64,000 nucleotides of DNA from Promethearchaeota archaeon. GTDB lineage: Archaea; Asgardarchaeota; Lokiarchaeia; Sigyniarchaeales; SOKP01. Positions 1 through 10,281 of this stretch are shown here, in pieces (the first letter of the stretch is position 1; each line of letters begins with the position of its first letter). The stretch covers positions 32,001-96,000 of the forward strand of contig JAEOUA010000006.1 in the NCBI GenBank assembly GCA_016839555.1. Direction: 5' to 3'. Position numbers and translations under genes: made by a program. The notes beneath the pieces were generated by a model, which had not been told where the DNA came from, did not search any database, and was given only the letters and a program-made list of their open reading frames with translations.

Positions 1-20
1 TGTTTTAATTTATTTTTACA

Positions 21-2378
21 TTATGATATTTTAGATTCCAATTCAATTGGTTGGAGAATATCTTTTTCTATTAAATTAAAAATGGCTTCAATTTGTTCCG
101 GTCTAATTTTCTCTTCAGTAAACAAAAAGGATACGAAAAAATAATCTAAATTATTTTGTTTCATAAATCTATTTGCTGAATTAATGATATCCCTTTCAGT
201 TGAACTAAGTTTTATATCTTCTGGTTCGCTTATTCGAAGTGGAAAGATGAATGCTGTTTTTAAATGTTTTTGTATTACATCATGTAGTCCGACAAATGCT
301 CTTGTGTCATAAGAATATTTTTCAATTTTTTCTCCATATTTCTCTCCTATTTCATACGATAATTCATTAAGGTTTTTATAAAATTCTTCTGAGGGTTTAT
401 CACTCATAATAAAAATTAAGCGGAAATTCTTATATTCGGACATAATTACAATTGAATCCTTGTATTCTAATGAAATAGTTTGGGTTTGGTGGCTAGCACC
501 GGTGAGTTCAATCCCAAAGGAGCGTATAGCGTCTAAAAATCCCGATACTAAGGTGGCATCAACCGCTCTCCCACTATAATGCTCTTCATACACGTTTAAT
601 CCTGATTCTTTAGAAATCACTATAACATCTTGAAGATTGAGGATATCATATGCTCTATTTTGTTGCTTTTTTCGATAAAGTTCAAGATTTTTTCTGATCT
701 TGCGAATAACACTGTATGATACAACACTAATTCCAGCTACGCCACTGATAGTGATAAATATAATTGTAAGCAAAAGGGGATCAATCCCTGTAGTGGTAGA
801 TTCAGGAGGTAAGAAAGTAATACCAGAAACCCCACCACTTATTTGAAAAGCTTGAGTTTGCATTCCCGCATCAGTCTCATTATTCCAAAATACATAGGTA
901 GTCCACTCCCCATTTCGAGAATTAGTTGGGAGATTATATTGAAATAAGATATCTGATCCAGAGCTTTCATTTGTTTGCGTATGAAATATTATTCCAATTG
1001 GATCAACTAGAATGATGTTACAATTTCCTCCCGGAGGGGGCTTTTCCACAAAAAACCCAAGAAGCTCCCCAGCTTTATATGAAGTTTTACCTTCTGTGTT
1101 GATTGTTAAATTGTATCTTATTGATGTAGCCTCAATTTTCCAAACACTATCATAAAGGATGGTGCTGTTATTAATATATAATGAACCTCCATCATAAGTA
1201 ATACCTGAATCAGAAGTAACATTATCGCCACCTCTAAAAATATTCCTAATATTCCAATGATCTGGGTAATCATAAATTACGGTATAGTTATATCCAAACC
1301 TATCAAGGAATGGATTTAATATCCAAAGATTATCTTGATTTTTTTTAATATAAACAGAACCCACTGAAGTTAAGGTGTGATTTAATTTAATATGATAACT
1401 CACATTAAAAATTAAAGCATCTGAAACGTTATTTTTAATAGGAATAGACCAATTAGAGGTATTTGGGAATAAAGTATAATTGAATGAAATACTTAGATTT
1501 CCAGTACCACTCTTAGATTTATTTAGGATAGGATAATCATTTCCATTAATTTTAGCGGTCATATTTATTTCTAAGGGATAAAAGGTTTCATTTACTCTCT
1601 GAATTAATTTATAAAGAAAAGGTTCACCAGATTTTCCCGATAGCCATTCCCCATTATAAATAGATCTATTTAAATCAGGATATTTGGGATTTTCAGTACA
1701 AGTAGACCAGTAATATTCGGATTTTGGACTCCCTCCAATTGCATCCCCATTAATAATTATAGAATATTTCCCTCTTGAGAGATTTAAGGTGGGATTAAAT
1801 TTCTGCAAATGCCATCCTTCACCAACTGATTTTGTCATATTCAGAGGATTATCGTGAAAAATAGTTCCATTTGGACATCCCTTAATCTCATCATAATACC
1901 CAATTTGGAATCTTATATCTTTATCTTCGGTTGATGAATTTCGTCCATAGATATATATACCATAAATAATCGTTTTAGCATTAATATTCATCTGAACTGC
2001 CAATCTATCATAACCACTGAATTTTGATATTTCTTCTTCATCTATGGGATTATCTTCAATAACCTTAGTTTCATTTATAAAGGTCATATTAGTTATTTCT
2101 AATTCTAATTGTGAAACATTCCATCGTGAAGTATTCAAATCTATATCAACGGAGCTAACATTTTGCATAGTTCCATTATTTTCAGCAATTTCAAGTATCT
2201 GAAAGCTTTGAGTAATATTAAGAGCCTCATTGCTATATAGAATATCAGAGGATTGTGGATCATTAAACGCAGCTTGAATATCGGCATTGGAGCTCATATT
2301 CTGATTTAAAGAAAGACTTAGCATGAAAAGAATGAAAAATCCTACCAAAATATAATATTTTTTCTTAATTTCAATCAC
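21..2378 (-). CDS. Large surface/membrane protein with C-terminal cytoplasmic longin-like domain
   Basis: N-terminal hydrophobic signal; Asn-rich beta-type ectodomain with many N-x-S/T sequons; TM helix LLLTIIFITISGVAGISVVSYSVI followed by a basic stretch; then VIVISKESGLNVY...DATLVSGFLDAIRSFGIEL, typical of Asgard longin/roadblock-like domains. Confidence 0.65.
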   Translation of the reverse strand: MIEIKKKYYILVGFFILFMLSLSLNQNMSSNADIQAAFNDPQSSDILYSNEALNITQSFQILEIAENNGTMQNVSSVDIDLNTSRWNVSQLELEITNMTFINETKVIEDNPIDEEEISKFSGYDRLAVQMNINAKTIIYGIYIYGRNSSTEDKDIRFQIGYYDEIKGCPNGTIFHDNPLNMTKSVGEGWHLQKFNPTLNLSRGKYSIIINGDAIGGSPKSEYYWSTCTENPKYPDLNRSIYNGEWLSGKSGEPFLYKLIQRVNETFYPLEINMTAKINGNDYPILNKSKSGTGNLSISFNYTLFPNTSNWSIPIKNNVSDALIFNVSYHIKLNHTLTSVGSVYIKKNQDNLWILNPFLDRFGYNYTVIYDYPDHWNIRNIFRGGDNVTSDSGITYDGGSLYINNSTILYDSVWKIEATSIRYNLTINTEGKTSYKAGELLGFFVEKPPPGGNCNIILVDPIGIIFHTQTNESSGSDILFQYNLPTNSRNGEWTTYVFWNNETDAGMQTQAFQISGGVSGITFLPPESTTTGIDPLLLTIIFITISGVAGISVVSYSVIRKIRKNLELYRKKQQNRAYDILNLQDVIVISKESGLNVYEEHYSGRAVDATLVSGFLDAIRSFGIELTGASHQTQTISLEYKDSIVIMSEYKNFRLIFIMSDKPSEEFYKNLNELSYEIGEKYGEKIEKYSYDTRAFVGLHDVIQKHLKTAFIFPLRISEPEDIKLSSTERDIINSANRFMKQNNLDYFFVSFLFTEEKIRPEQIEAIFNLIEKDILQPIELESKIS

Positions 2379-2669
2379 GACTTTATGTGTATTGAAATAA
2401 ACCTAATATCTCAAAAGCTATATTCTTAATATAAGATATAATATTCAATAGGTTATTTAAAATTTTTTTTTATATTTATTAATATAAAATACAAAATAGA
2501 TATGGATTGTAGTATTTCTGATTTAATAGTAATTATTATTTGTTTGAAATAAATTTAAAAAAAATCTAAAATAAAATTCTTAAGAGATTTCTCAATGATT
2601 AAAAATTTTTTTTCGAAGTGAAATTTTAGATGAGTTTTATTTTTTAAACTATTTATAAGGCTTTGATAT

Positions 2670-5168
2670 TTAATTAATTAGATATTGGGCTGTTTTGGAA
2701 TTCGAATTGCTTTTAACTTCGGTAAGACTGCCAGTAGCGATCACTTTTCCTCCTTTAGGTCCTCCCTCAGGTCCTAATTCAATGAGATAATCACAATAAG
2801 AAAGAATCTCGGGGTCGTGTTCAATGATAATGACGCTGTTTCCCTCTTGAACTAGTCTTTGCAATAAATCCATTAATTTAACGGCATCATAAAAGGATAA
2901 TCCCACCGTGGGTTCATCTAAAATATAGAGGGAATGACCGCTTTTACTCTTCCCTAATTCTTTAGCTAGCTTAATTCTTTGTGCTTCCCCCCCACTCAAA
3001 GTAGGAGATGGTTGTCCTAGGGTGATATATCCTAACCCGATACCATCTAAGACTTTCAGCATCCTCATAATACCATTATTAGATTTAAAATATTCTAATG
3101 CTTCTGTGATTGTCATATTTAATACATCAGCGATGGACTTTCCATGGTGTTTTATTTCTAAGATTTCTGATTGGTATCGTGTTCCTTTGCATTTTCGACA
3201 AGGAATGGTATAACCGCTGAGAAAAGATATTTGTAAATCCTGCACTCCTTGCCCTTTACAAGCGGGGCATCTTCCCGAGCTTGAGTTATAAGAAAAATGT
3301 CCTGCTGTATAGCCGCGTTTTTTTGATTGTTCAAGATTAGCAAAAACTTTTCGAATTTTGCCCCATATTTTTGTATAGGAACATGGAGTAGATGTTCTTA
3401 CTCGAGCGATGGGTTTTTGATTAACTACTACAAAATTATCAAGATTTTCATAACCTTCAATAGTTCCCGAATAGTCTGATAACCATTCTTCATCATCTTC
3501 TTCATTATTTGATTTCATAGCTCTTCTTTTTTTAATTCCTCTCCTAAAATGAGGTTTTAATAAAGGAACCAGAGTATCTAATATGAGGGAGCTTTTTCCA
3601 GATCCGGACACTCCCGCAAATCCAATCATCATTCCTAAAGGGATTTTAACATTTAGATTTTTAAGATTATGGGTGTTTACATTTTTTAGGGTAAGAAACT
3701 TAGTATTCTCAGAAATAGTCTTTTGTTGCTCTGTGAGCTTTTTAGGTAATTTTATTTTACCCGCTAAAAATTGACCTGTATAGGAGATTTCTTTTTGTTT
3801 AATTCCATCAATATTCCCTTGATATACAATCTCTCCCCCATAGATCCCAGGTCCAGGGCCAAGGTCAATTATTTCATCTGCGATCTCCATGAATCGTTTG
3901 TCATGCTCTACAATGATTACGGAATTTCCCAAGTCTTTTAATTTTATTAATGTATCGATTAATGCTTCTTTTTCACTTTCATGTAAACTCATACTCGGTT
4001 CATCCAATATGTAAACCAATGAGTCTAATCCAGCATCCAAATGGGTCATAAGTGTTAATCTTTGGAGCTCCCCACCACTTAATGTGGGCATAGGGCGGTT
4101 TATATGTAAATAAGAGAGTCCAACTTTTCTCAACGCTTCTAACCCTTCTAATATTTCATTAAGTATTGATTTTCCTTGGGGGCTTTTGATAAAAGTATCA
4201 TTAAACTCATGTAAAGTTTTAATTAAATCTTCAATAGTCATCATCGCTAATTCTCCGATATGCTTTCCTCCAATCTTTACCTCTCGGGCTTGTTCATTGA
4301 TTCGAAATCCTTCGCATTTCTCACATAAACGGGATGACATATAATTTTTTAATATTTTCTTCCTTCGATATTCACTGGTACTTTCAGACATAGCCCTTTC
4401 CAAATGTGGAATTATTCCTTCAAATTCTCTTTCTAATTCTCCTGTAAAGCTTTTTGAATTCCATTGAAAAGATAATTTTTTTCCGCTTCCGTAAAGAAAC
4501 ACTTCCTTCACTTTTTCTGGCAGATCTTTATAGGGAGTGTCAATATCAAATTCATAGAAGCTTGGAAGTTGCTCCACAAATCGAATTTGGTCAGCAAAAC
4601 AACCAGATCCCGCTTCAGTAATTTCTATTAAATTTCTATTATAATCTTGAACTATAAGATCCTCCGTAAAATGTGTGGTATGTCCCCGTCCTTTACATTC
4701 TAAGCACATTCCAGAGGGTTCATTGAAAGAAAAATGTTTTATTTGGAGACGATCCACCTTCATGCCACACTGCTCGCATTCTAATGTTATTTGATTCACG
4801 GGTTCTTTGCAAATCGGGCATACTAATATACCTTCAGCAGCATATAACATTCTTAACATATTATATAGCCTCGTCCTGGTTCCCACTGTAGAACGAGGAT
4901 TCGATATTTTAGTAGTGCGTTGCTCTATTGCCACCGTTGGACTTAAACCATCTATCCGATCAAAAGGTTTTTCTCCTTCAAATTTGGGGGGAAATCCGAT
5001 TGATTGTAAATAGCGATTCATTCCTTCATCAAATATAATATCAAATGCCAAGCTTGATTTTCCACTTCCACTTACTCCTGTAATTACAATTATTTTACCT
5101 TTTGGAATTTCTACGCTGACGTCTTTTAAATTATGAAGTCTTGCTCCAACAACTTTTATTTTATCCAT
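2670..5168 (-). CDS. uvrA: UvrA-family ABC ATPase (short class II, UvrA2/DrrC-like)
   Basis: GARLHNLK start; two Walker A motifs (GVSGSGKSS); LSGGE signatures; ILDEP Walker B; CxxC zinc fingers; 832 aa. Confidence 0.9.
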   Translation of the reverse strand: MDKIKVVGARLHNLKDVSVEIPKGKIIVITGVSGSGKSSLAFDIIFDEGMNRYLQSIGFPPKFEGEKPFDRIDGLSPTVAIEQRTTKISNPRSTVGTRTRLYNMLRMLYAAEGILVCPICKEPVNQITLECEQCGMKVDRLQIKHFSFNEPSGMCLECKGRGHTTHFTEDLIVQDYNRNLIEITEAGSGCFADQIRFVEQLPSFYEFDIDTPYKDLPEKVKEVFLYGSGKKLSFQWNSKSFTGELEREFEGIIPHLERAMSESTSEYRRKKILKNYMSSRLCEKCEGFRINEQAREVKIGGKHIGELAMMTIEDLIKTLHEFNDTFIKSPQGKSILNEILEGLEALRKVGLSYLHINRPMPTLSGGELQRLTLMTHLDAGLDSLVYILDEPSMSLHESEKEALIDTLIKLKDLGNSVIIVEHDKRFMEIADEIIDLGPGPGIYGGEIVYQGNIDGIKQKEISYTGQFLAGKIKLPKKLTEQQKTISENTKFLTLKNVNTHNLKNLNVKIPLGMMIGFAGVSGSGKSSLILDTLVPLLKPHFRRGIKKRRAMKSNNEEDDEEWLSDYSGTIEGYENLDNFVVVNQKPIARVRTSTPCSYTKIWGKIRKVFANLEQSKKRGYTAGHFSYNSSSGRCPACKGQGVQDLQISFLSGYTIPCRKCKGTRYQSEILEIKHHGKSIADVLNMTITEALEYFKSNNGIMRMLKVLDGIGLGYITLGQPSPTLSGGEAQRIKLAKELGKSKSGHSLYILDEPTVGLSFYDAVKLMDLLQRLVQEGNSVIIIEHDPEILSYCDYLIELGPEGGPKGGKVIATGSLTEVKSNSNSKTAQYLIN

Positions 5169-5215
5169 TTCTTAATCCTTTTAATTATTTCTTTTTTTAA
5201 AAATATTTTATAATT

Positions 5216-5884
5216 TTAACTTTTTTGTAATATGTAAAAGGCAGTATTAAAGTTTTTTGGATTAGATTTAACCATATTAATTTCTTTTTTATATCTGCTT
5301 ATTTCCTTTCTCAAATTTTTATTTAAATTCATTTGACTTAATTCTTTAATCCTAAGTTCCAATGGATTGTAGAATTCATTCCACCATGCGTTATCTGGTA
5401 ACTGAAACCAATCATATAATATAAAGCCAAAGGATGATAAATGATTGATATAATCTTGAATCCCCTTAATTGTTTCATGTAAAACTAAAAACCCTCCTTT
5501 TTTGAGGATTTTATGACACGCTTTAAAACCTCTTTTAAAGCCTATTATATGAATAACTCCTTCCGCCCAAATAATATCGAAAGTTAGCGGTTCAAATTTG
5601 TAGTTTAATAGAGAACCCTGAATTATTTTAATTCTATTTTCTAAACCATACTCAATAATCTTATTTTCTAATTTTCTAAGATCTTTAGAGTTAATATCCA
5701 TTGCATTAATATATCCATTGGTTAATTTTGCTAATTCAATAGTCGGAACACCTGTACCACATCCAATATCTAGAATTTGAGGGTTATATAGTTTTGGAAG
5801 CAAGTGAAATGCCTTTTGTGTATATTTAAGAAAAATTTCACGAAACTCATCTATATTCAGATTTGCTTTATTTTGATCTCTCAT
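5216..5884 (-). CDS. Class I SAM-dependent methyltransferase
   Basis: ILDIGCGTG motif I; FDIIWAEG; LKKGG. Confidence 0.9.
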   Translation of the reverse strand: MRDQNKANLNIDEFREIFLKYTQKAFHLLPKLYNPQILDIGCGTGVPTIELAKLTNGYINAMDINSKDLRKLENKIIEYGLENRIKIIQGSLLNYKFEPLTFDIIWAEGVIHIIGFKRGFKACHKILKKGGFLVLHETIKGIQDYINHLSSFGFILYDWFQLPDNAWWNEFYNPLELRIKELSQMNLNKNLRKEISRYKKEINMVKSNPKNFNTAFYILQKS

Positions 5885-5898
5885 TTCTCAACCTTTTT

Positions 5899-6345
5899 TT
5901 AATCCATTAATTCGGGATTATAGCTTTTATTACATTTAATACATTTATAATTATAGAATACAATAGGTCCTCCACAAGTATCGCATTTCCACTTATTTTT
6001 TTGAGCTTTAATCCATTGATCATATCCCACTATATTGATATTCTCAACATTATTTGGGATTTCATGTCTGTAGGTAAATTTAATATCATTTGGATGGGAA
6101 TCAAGTAATTTATTTGAAATTTTATCACAGGGAAATTCAGAACATTCACCGCAATATAATAATTTCTTTTCATTTCTACAACAAATTCTTATCTTACAAC
6201 TCCATTTTGAGGTTCTTTTTTGATTTTTATTTTCACTCCTACATCCTAAACATGTTCCTAAATGATAAGAAGGACATGCTCTGCAATATAATCCACAATA
6301 ACTTAATAAATCTAAATTTCTCCTTTCTATTTTACCCACCCACAT
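5899..6345 (-). CDS. DUF3795-like Cys-rich (Zn/Fe-S) protein
   Basis: CGLYCRAC, CLGC, CKIRICC, CGECSEFPC and a C-terminal CxxC..CxxC. Confidence 0.75.
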   Translation of the reverse strand: MWVGKIERRNLDLLSYCGLYCRACPSYHLGTCLGCRSENKNQKRTSKWSCKIRICCRNEKKLLYCGECSEFPCDKISNKLLDSHPNDIKFTYRHEIPNNVENINIVGYDQWIKAQKNKWKCDTCGGPIVFYNYKCIKCNKSYNPELMD

Positions 6346-6351
6346 TTTTAT

Positions 6352-7488
6352 TCATATTTTTATCTCTAACAAATTATGAAATAATTTTTCTTCCACAATA
6401 CAAATTTTGTTTATTTCTTTTGAAAGCTCGGAAAGATCAACCATTTTTAAACAATCATCTTTAAAATTCTCTGCAGCTTTTTTTAATGTATTCGCAAATT
6501 CCGTCCATTTTTGAGCAGAATCACTGATCATTGGGATACAATTTTCAATAATTTGTATCTCCTCTTTAGTCCATGATTTTGGGCCTTGCGTAAATGTTGG
6601 AGTCTTAATGATTTCTTCTAAGAACGACTTATATAAATTTCGAAATAAAGCACCTCCCGTACCCCATTCCTCAATATAACCATAAATCAATTCAAAATTA
6701 AGTCCCGCAAGTAAATATTCTTTATGATTATAAGGATTTTTAATAATTTTGTTGAAAGTCTCATTCCAAGTTAGAATTTTCTCAGCAAAATTCTTTAATC
6801 CTTGTAAACCATTGTTGCTCATCGAAGGTCGTAGCATATGATTTACTACCTTTTGAATTGCCAACTTTACTCCTGCTGAGAATGGAGGATGTTTTCCATC
6901 TAGGCGAGGTTGCATTGAATATTGGGCATTTTTTGGGTGTAAAAAGGAAGTTCCATACTCTGAGCTTCTTGCTTTTTTTAGATTTTCTAATGGTATTGCT
7001 TGAAAACCCTTAAAATCGCTGTCTCCTACATACGCAATTCCCTGGGTTTCATCAAATCCACCAAGTGTAATAAAATGTCCACCAAAATGAATATTTTCTT
7101 TCAGTTCCATATAATCTAAATATGCTAAATCGACTTGAAGCATTAATGGAATATCTTGGAGTATGAGTTTTTTTGCTTCTTCCCACGCTTTCTCCGAACT
7201 TGTGAATGATTGTTTGCGAAGAGTGATCCCTAAAAGACGGCATGCCAAGGAGTTGGGATTAATAGAGTCTTGTTTCCCTCCTACAAAAAGAGGAAGATCA
7301 GTAGTATCACCTCCTCTAAAATTTGAAATTCCATCAAAAAACCCAAAACCGAGGGTGCCATCCAGTCCAAATGCCATTGCTTCGGTCATTGGGAATCCAT
7401 AAAATTCAAACATATCTCTTAATGAGGAAGATTCACAATGCACTCCAACACTATGCTTAAAATCCTCTATAATATATTTATCTTTCAT
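6352..7488 (-). CDS. BtrH N-terminal / DUF4872 papain-like protein
   Basis: GVHCESSSLR (Cys), HFGGHFI (His), VGDSD, GTGGALFRNLY. Confidence 0.8.
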   Translation of the reverse strand: MKDKYIIEDFKHSVGVHCESSSLRDMFEFYGFPMTEAMAFGLDGTLGFGFFDGISNFRGGDTTDLPLFVGGKQDSINPNSLACRLLGITLRKQSFTSSEKAWEEAKKLILQDIPLMLQVDLAYLDYMELKENIHFGGHFITLGGFDETQGIAYVGDSDFKGFQAIPLENLKKARSSEYGTSFLHPKNAQYSMQPRLDGKHPPFSAGVKLAIQKVVNHMLRPSMSNNGLQGLKNFAEKILTWNETFNKIIKNPYNHKEYLLAGLNFELIYGYIEEWGTGGALFRNLYKSFLEEIIKTPTFTQGPKSWTKEEIQIIENCIPMISDSAQKWTEFANTLKKAAENFKDDCLKMVDLSELSKEINKICIVEEKLFHNLLEIKI

Positions 7489-8093
7489 TTATATTCACTC
7501 ATATCTTCTTCTTTTTTTGAATAATCTTGTGGACCTATTTGTCCTTTTCCCTTTTTTACTTCTTCTAAAGCCCACCTTAAAAATTTTAAATCTGTTTTTA
7601 ATATTTCAATGGGATGAATGAATAATCCTGTTACATTTATCGGCATCTGAGAGTTTTCCTCAAGCATTTGTTCTAATTCCTTGATATGCGTTTTTATTTT
7701 TTGTATTGAATGAGAAATTGCCTCTATTTGCTGATCTTTGCTGAGGAGTGGAAGCATAGAAAACGCTACATAATAATTTTCATCATTTCTGCCGTAATAT
7801 TCTTTTAATACATTATATGTTTTGTTTTTTAAGATGTCAAGCCCATATGAAGTAATTCTATATACACGTCTTATTCTATTATCTACTTCTTCAGTATAGG
7901 ATTCCACCAATCCATCATCATCTAATAGGTTTAAATCACTATAGATCGAGGAAGTACCGATATTAGTCCAGTCTCTCATTCCTCGATCTTCAATCTTTTT
8001 ATCAAGGAGATACGCATGGCTGGGTTCTTCACAAATGAGGCCTAATACAATATATTGCCTATGTGTTAATTCGTAAGTCTTTTCGTTTGACAT
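7485..8093 (-). CDS. PadR-family transcriptional regulator
   Basis: VLGLI..PSHAY...IGTSSIYSDLNLL..DGLV..RRVYRITSYG; 4-bp overlap with the downstream gene. Confidence 0.88.
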   Translation of the reverse strand: MSNEKTYELTHRQYIVLGLICEEPSHAYLLDKKIEDRGMRDWTNIGTSSIYSDLNLLDDDGLVESYTEEVDNRIRRVYRITSYGLDILKNKTYNVLKEYYGRNDENYYVAFSMLPLLSKDQQIEAISHSIQKIKTHIKELEQMLEENSQMPINVTGLFIHPIEILKTDLKFLRWALEEVKKGKGQIGPQDYSKKEEDMSEYK

Positions 8094-8559
8094 TGGAGGA
8101 AAAGGTGATTTGAATTGTTATTCAATATTATATTATTATAATATTATATATTAAGAATATTATTGAGCGAGAGTATTTAAAATTATGTATTTTTTAAATT
8201 TTATTTCTATGTGATTTATTAATAACTATTTTAAGTAAATCATTTGAACCTATTTTTTATAAAATAAGAGGATATTTCTCAATATTAATAAAAATAACAA
8301 TTAAAAGATTGTATAGAAGTATTGTAGACTTCTTAATCCTTTAATTATTTGAAATAATATAAATAAATCTAGCTATAAAGAAATTAGAGTTTCTAAATGC
8401 CAAATATAACTAGCTATTAGAGTAATATTGATATATAGAAAGCTTTAAATCTTATAAATTCTGATTTTAATTCATTCTTTATGAATACTAAAAAATATAA
8501 AGATGATTTGTTATTTAAATAAATAAAAATATCAAAAAAACATACTGAGTGTTAACTAA

Positions 8560-10026
8560 ATGGTAGATATAAAATTACAGATATGGGATCCTCCAGGAGA
8601 ACGATATATGTCGTTAAGCTCACTGTATAAAGGATCTCATGGGGTCTTACTTGTTTTTGATTTATCAAATAAAGAGAGCTTTTATGATGCGAAATTGCAA
8701 GAAATAATTGAATTTGTTAAAGAGAATACCTCAGGCCCCATAATACTTATAGCAAATAAAGTAGATTTAGTAAGTTTGGATCAATCTGAGATAAAAAAAG
8801 AGGACATAGCAGCATTTCGATCAAAATATGATATATTAGAGTTTATTATTACTTCTGCAAAAACTGGTGAAAATATTGACTTAGCCTTTCAAACATTAAC
8901 TGATTTAATGGTTAAAGAAAAATTGGAACAAGAAAGTTTAGGTAAAACATTAATTTTTAAAGTTGCTATAGCTGGTATAAATAGTGTCGGAAAAACCTCG
9001 ATAATACAACGCTATATTAATAAATCTTTCCAGAAGGAGTATAAAATGACTATTGGAGTACAATTCTACACTAAAGATGTTAAATATGAACCCGATCTTA
9101 TCTCCGATCTTAGAGGGGAAAAACAATTAGAATCTATTTCAAGAAGGATTGAAACTGAAGAAGAACCAGAGGAATTACTTGAGAAAGTAGATTTTGACAG
9201 AGAAAAAAAAATAGCATCTGCTGTTGAAGAACTGAAAAAGAGAGACGCTATTAAAAAAGCTAGGAAAGCTGAGGAGGATAGAATAAGTTTAGCTAAAGAT
9301 CGAGAGAAAGTTAAAGAACAACTCCAAAAACCTCTTGCAGGAATGCCGAAAATGGCTCCCGCAATGCCAGTACCAGAAGGTGTCGCTAAAAAAGTTGAAA
9401 GAAAGGCGACCGTATTTTATAAAGAGCGAATGAATCCAATGAAATTGAATAGGATGGCAGTAATAATTTCAACAAAAGAATTATATGAAGCTTTAAAAAT
9501 TGAGAGAGAAGAGATTATACGTGCGGCTACTGGTAAAACTTATGAAATTGAAAAGGAGATTCCCATATTATATGTAGAGCCAATAATCCCTGGATGTATC
9601 TGTGTTCCTTCCACAGGAAAGCTGGATGCTAGAAAAGAGTATGATCATGAGCTATTTTTAATTACTCCATTAGAGGCGGGAGAAATTCCTGATGCCAGAG
9701 TTGATATTTATTATAAAGAGAAATTAATCGACTCTATTCCAACTCCAATAGAGGTTGTAAAAACAACTATGGTAAAAATCAGTTCCGCGTTCGCCATAAT
9801 TTTCCCTATAATAGGAGTGTTATTTGATCAGTGGTTAGATACCGTCTTTAAAATCATTATTCCCTTTTATGAGGCAATAGGAGGATTAGAAGGATTTATT
9901 GCGATTTTAACGGGAGCGTTTGCGCTAATGACTGCGATATTTTATTACTTTAGGAAACCCAAAGATGCGAAGCCTGCGGAGTCGAAGTCTCTCCCTGAAG
10001 TAGTAAGTGCGGTCTCTAAGGAGTAA
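8560..10026 (+). CDS. Circularly permuted Rab-like small GTPase with coiled coil, beta domain and two C-terminal TM helices
   Basis: Motif order LQIWDPPG (G3), ANKVDL (G4), TSAKTG (G5), FKVAIAGINSVGKTS (G1), YKMTIGVQF (G2); two C-terminal hydrophobic helices. Confidence 0.85.
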   Translation: MVDIKLQIWDPPGERYMSLSSLYKGSHGVLLVFDLSNKESFYDAKLQEIIEFVKENTSGPIILIANKVDLVSLDQSEIKKEDIAAFRSKYDILEFIITSAKTGENIDLAFQTLTDLMVKEKLEQESLGKTLIFKVAIAGINSVGKTSIIQRYINKSFQKEYKMTIGVQFYTKDVKYEPDLISDLRGEKQLESISRRIETEEEPEELLEKVDFDREKKIASAVEELKKRDAIKKARKAEEDRISLAKDREKVKEQLQKPLAGMPKMAPAMPVPEGVAKKVERKATVFYKERMNPMKLNRMAVIISTKELYEALKIEREEIIRAATGKTYEIEKEIPILYVEPIIPGCICVPSTGKLDARKEYDHELFLITPLEAGEIPDARVDIYYKEKLIDSIPTPIEVVKTTMVKISSAFAIIFPIIGVLFDQWLDTVFKIIIPFYEAIGGLEGFIAILTGAFALMTAIFYYFRKPKDAKPAESKSLPEVVSAVSKE

Positions 10027-10281
10027 ATTTTTTTTTTAATTTTAATATTTATTTCGAATTATAAAATCTCTTAAGATTTTAAGACACATTTGTTTAGACA
10101 ATTTATTATAAATTAATTATATTATTCAATTTAGATTAATTATTAAGATTTAAATTTAAAAACTAAAAATCTTTCTTCGAATTCATAAATATTTTAATCT
10201 TCCTAATGAAGAGTTGATTAAAGAAAAAAATAAAAAATAGAAATTAGCTTTAAAAGATATGTATTTTAAAAAAATTTTTTA

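Noticed and set aside
8481-8522. Mini-ORF MNTKKYKDDLLFK* upstream of the permuted GTPase, resembling a Rab N-terminus (YDxLFK)
   Set aside because: It is out of frame with the gene and only 37 nt remain before the ATG, too little for a lost G1-G2. Likely chance in AT-rich DNA, so it does not explain away the permutation.
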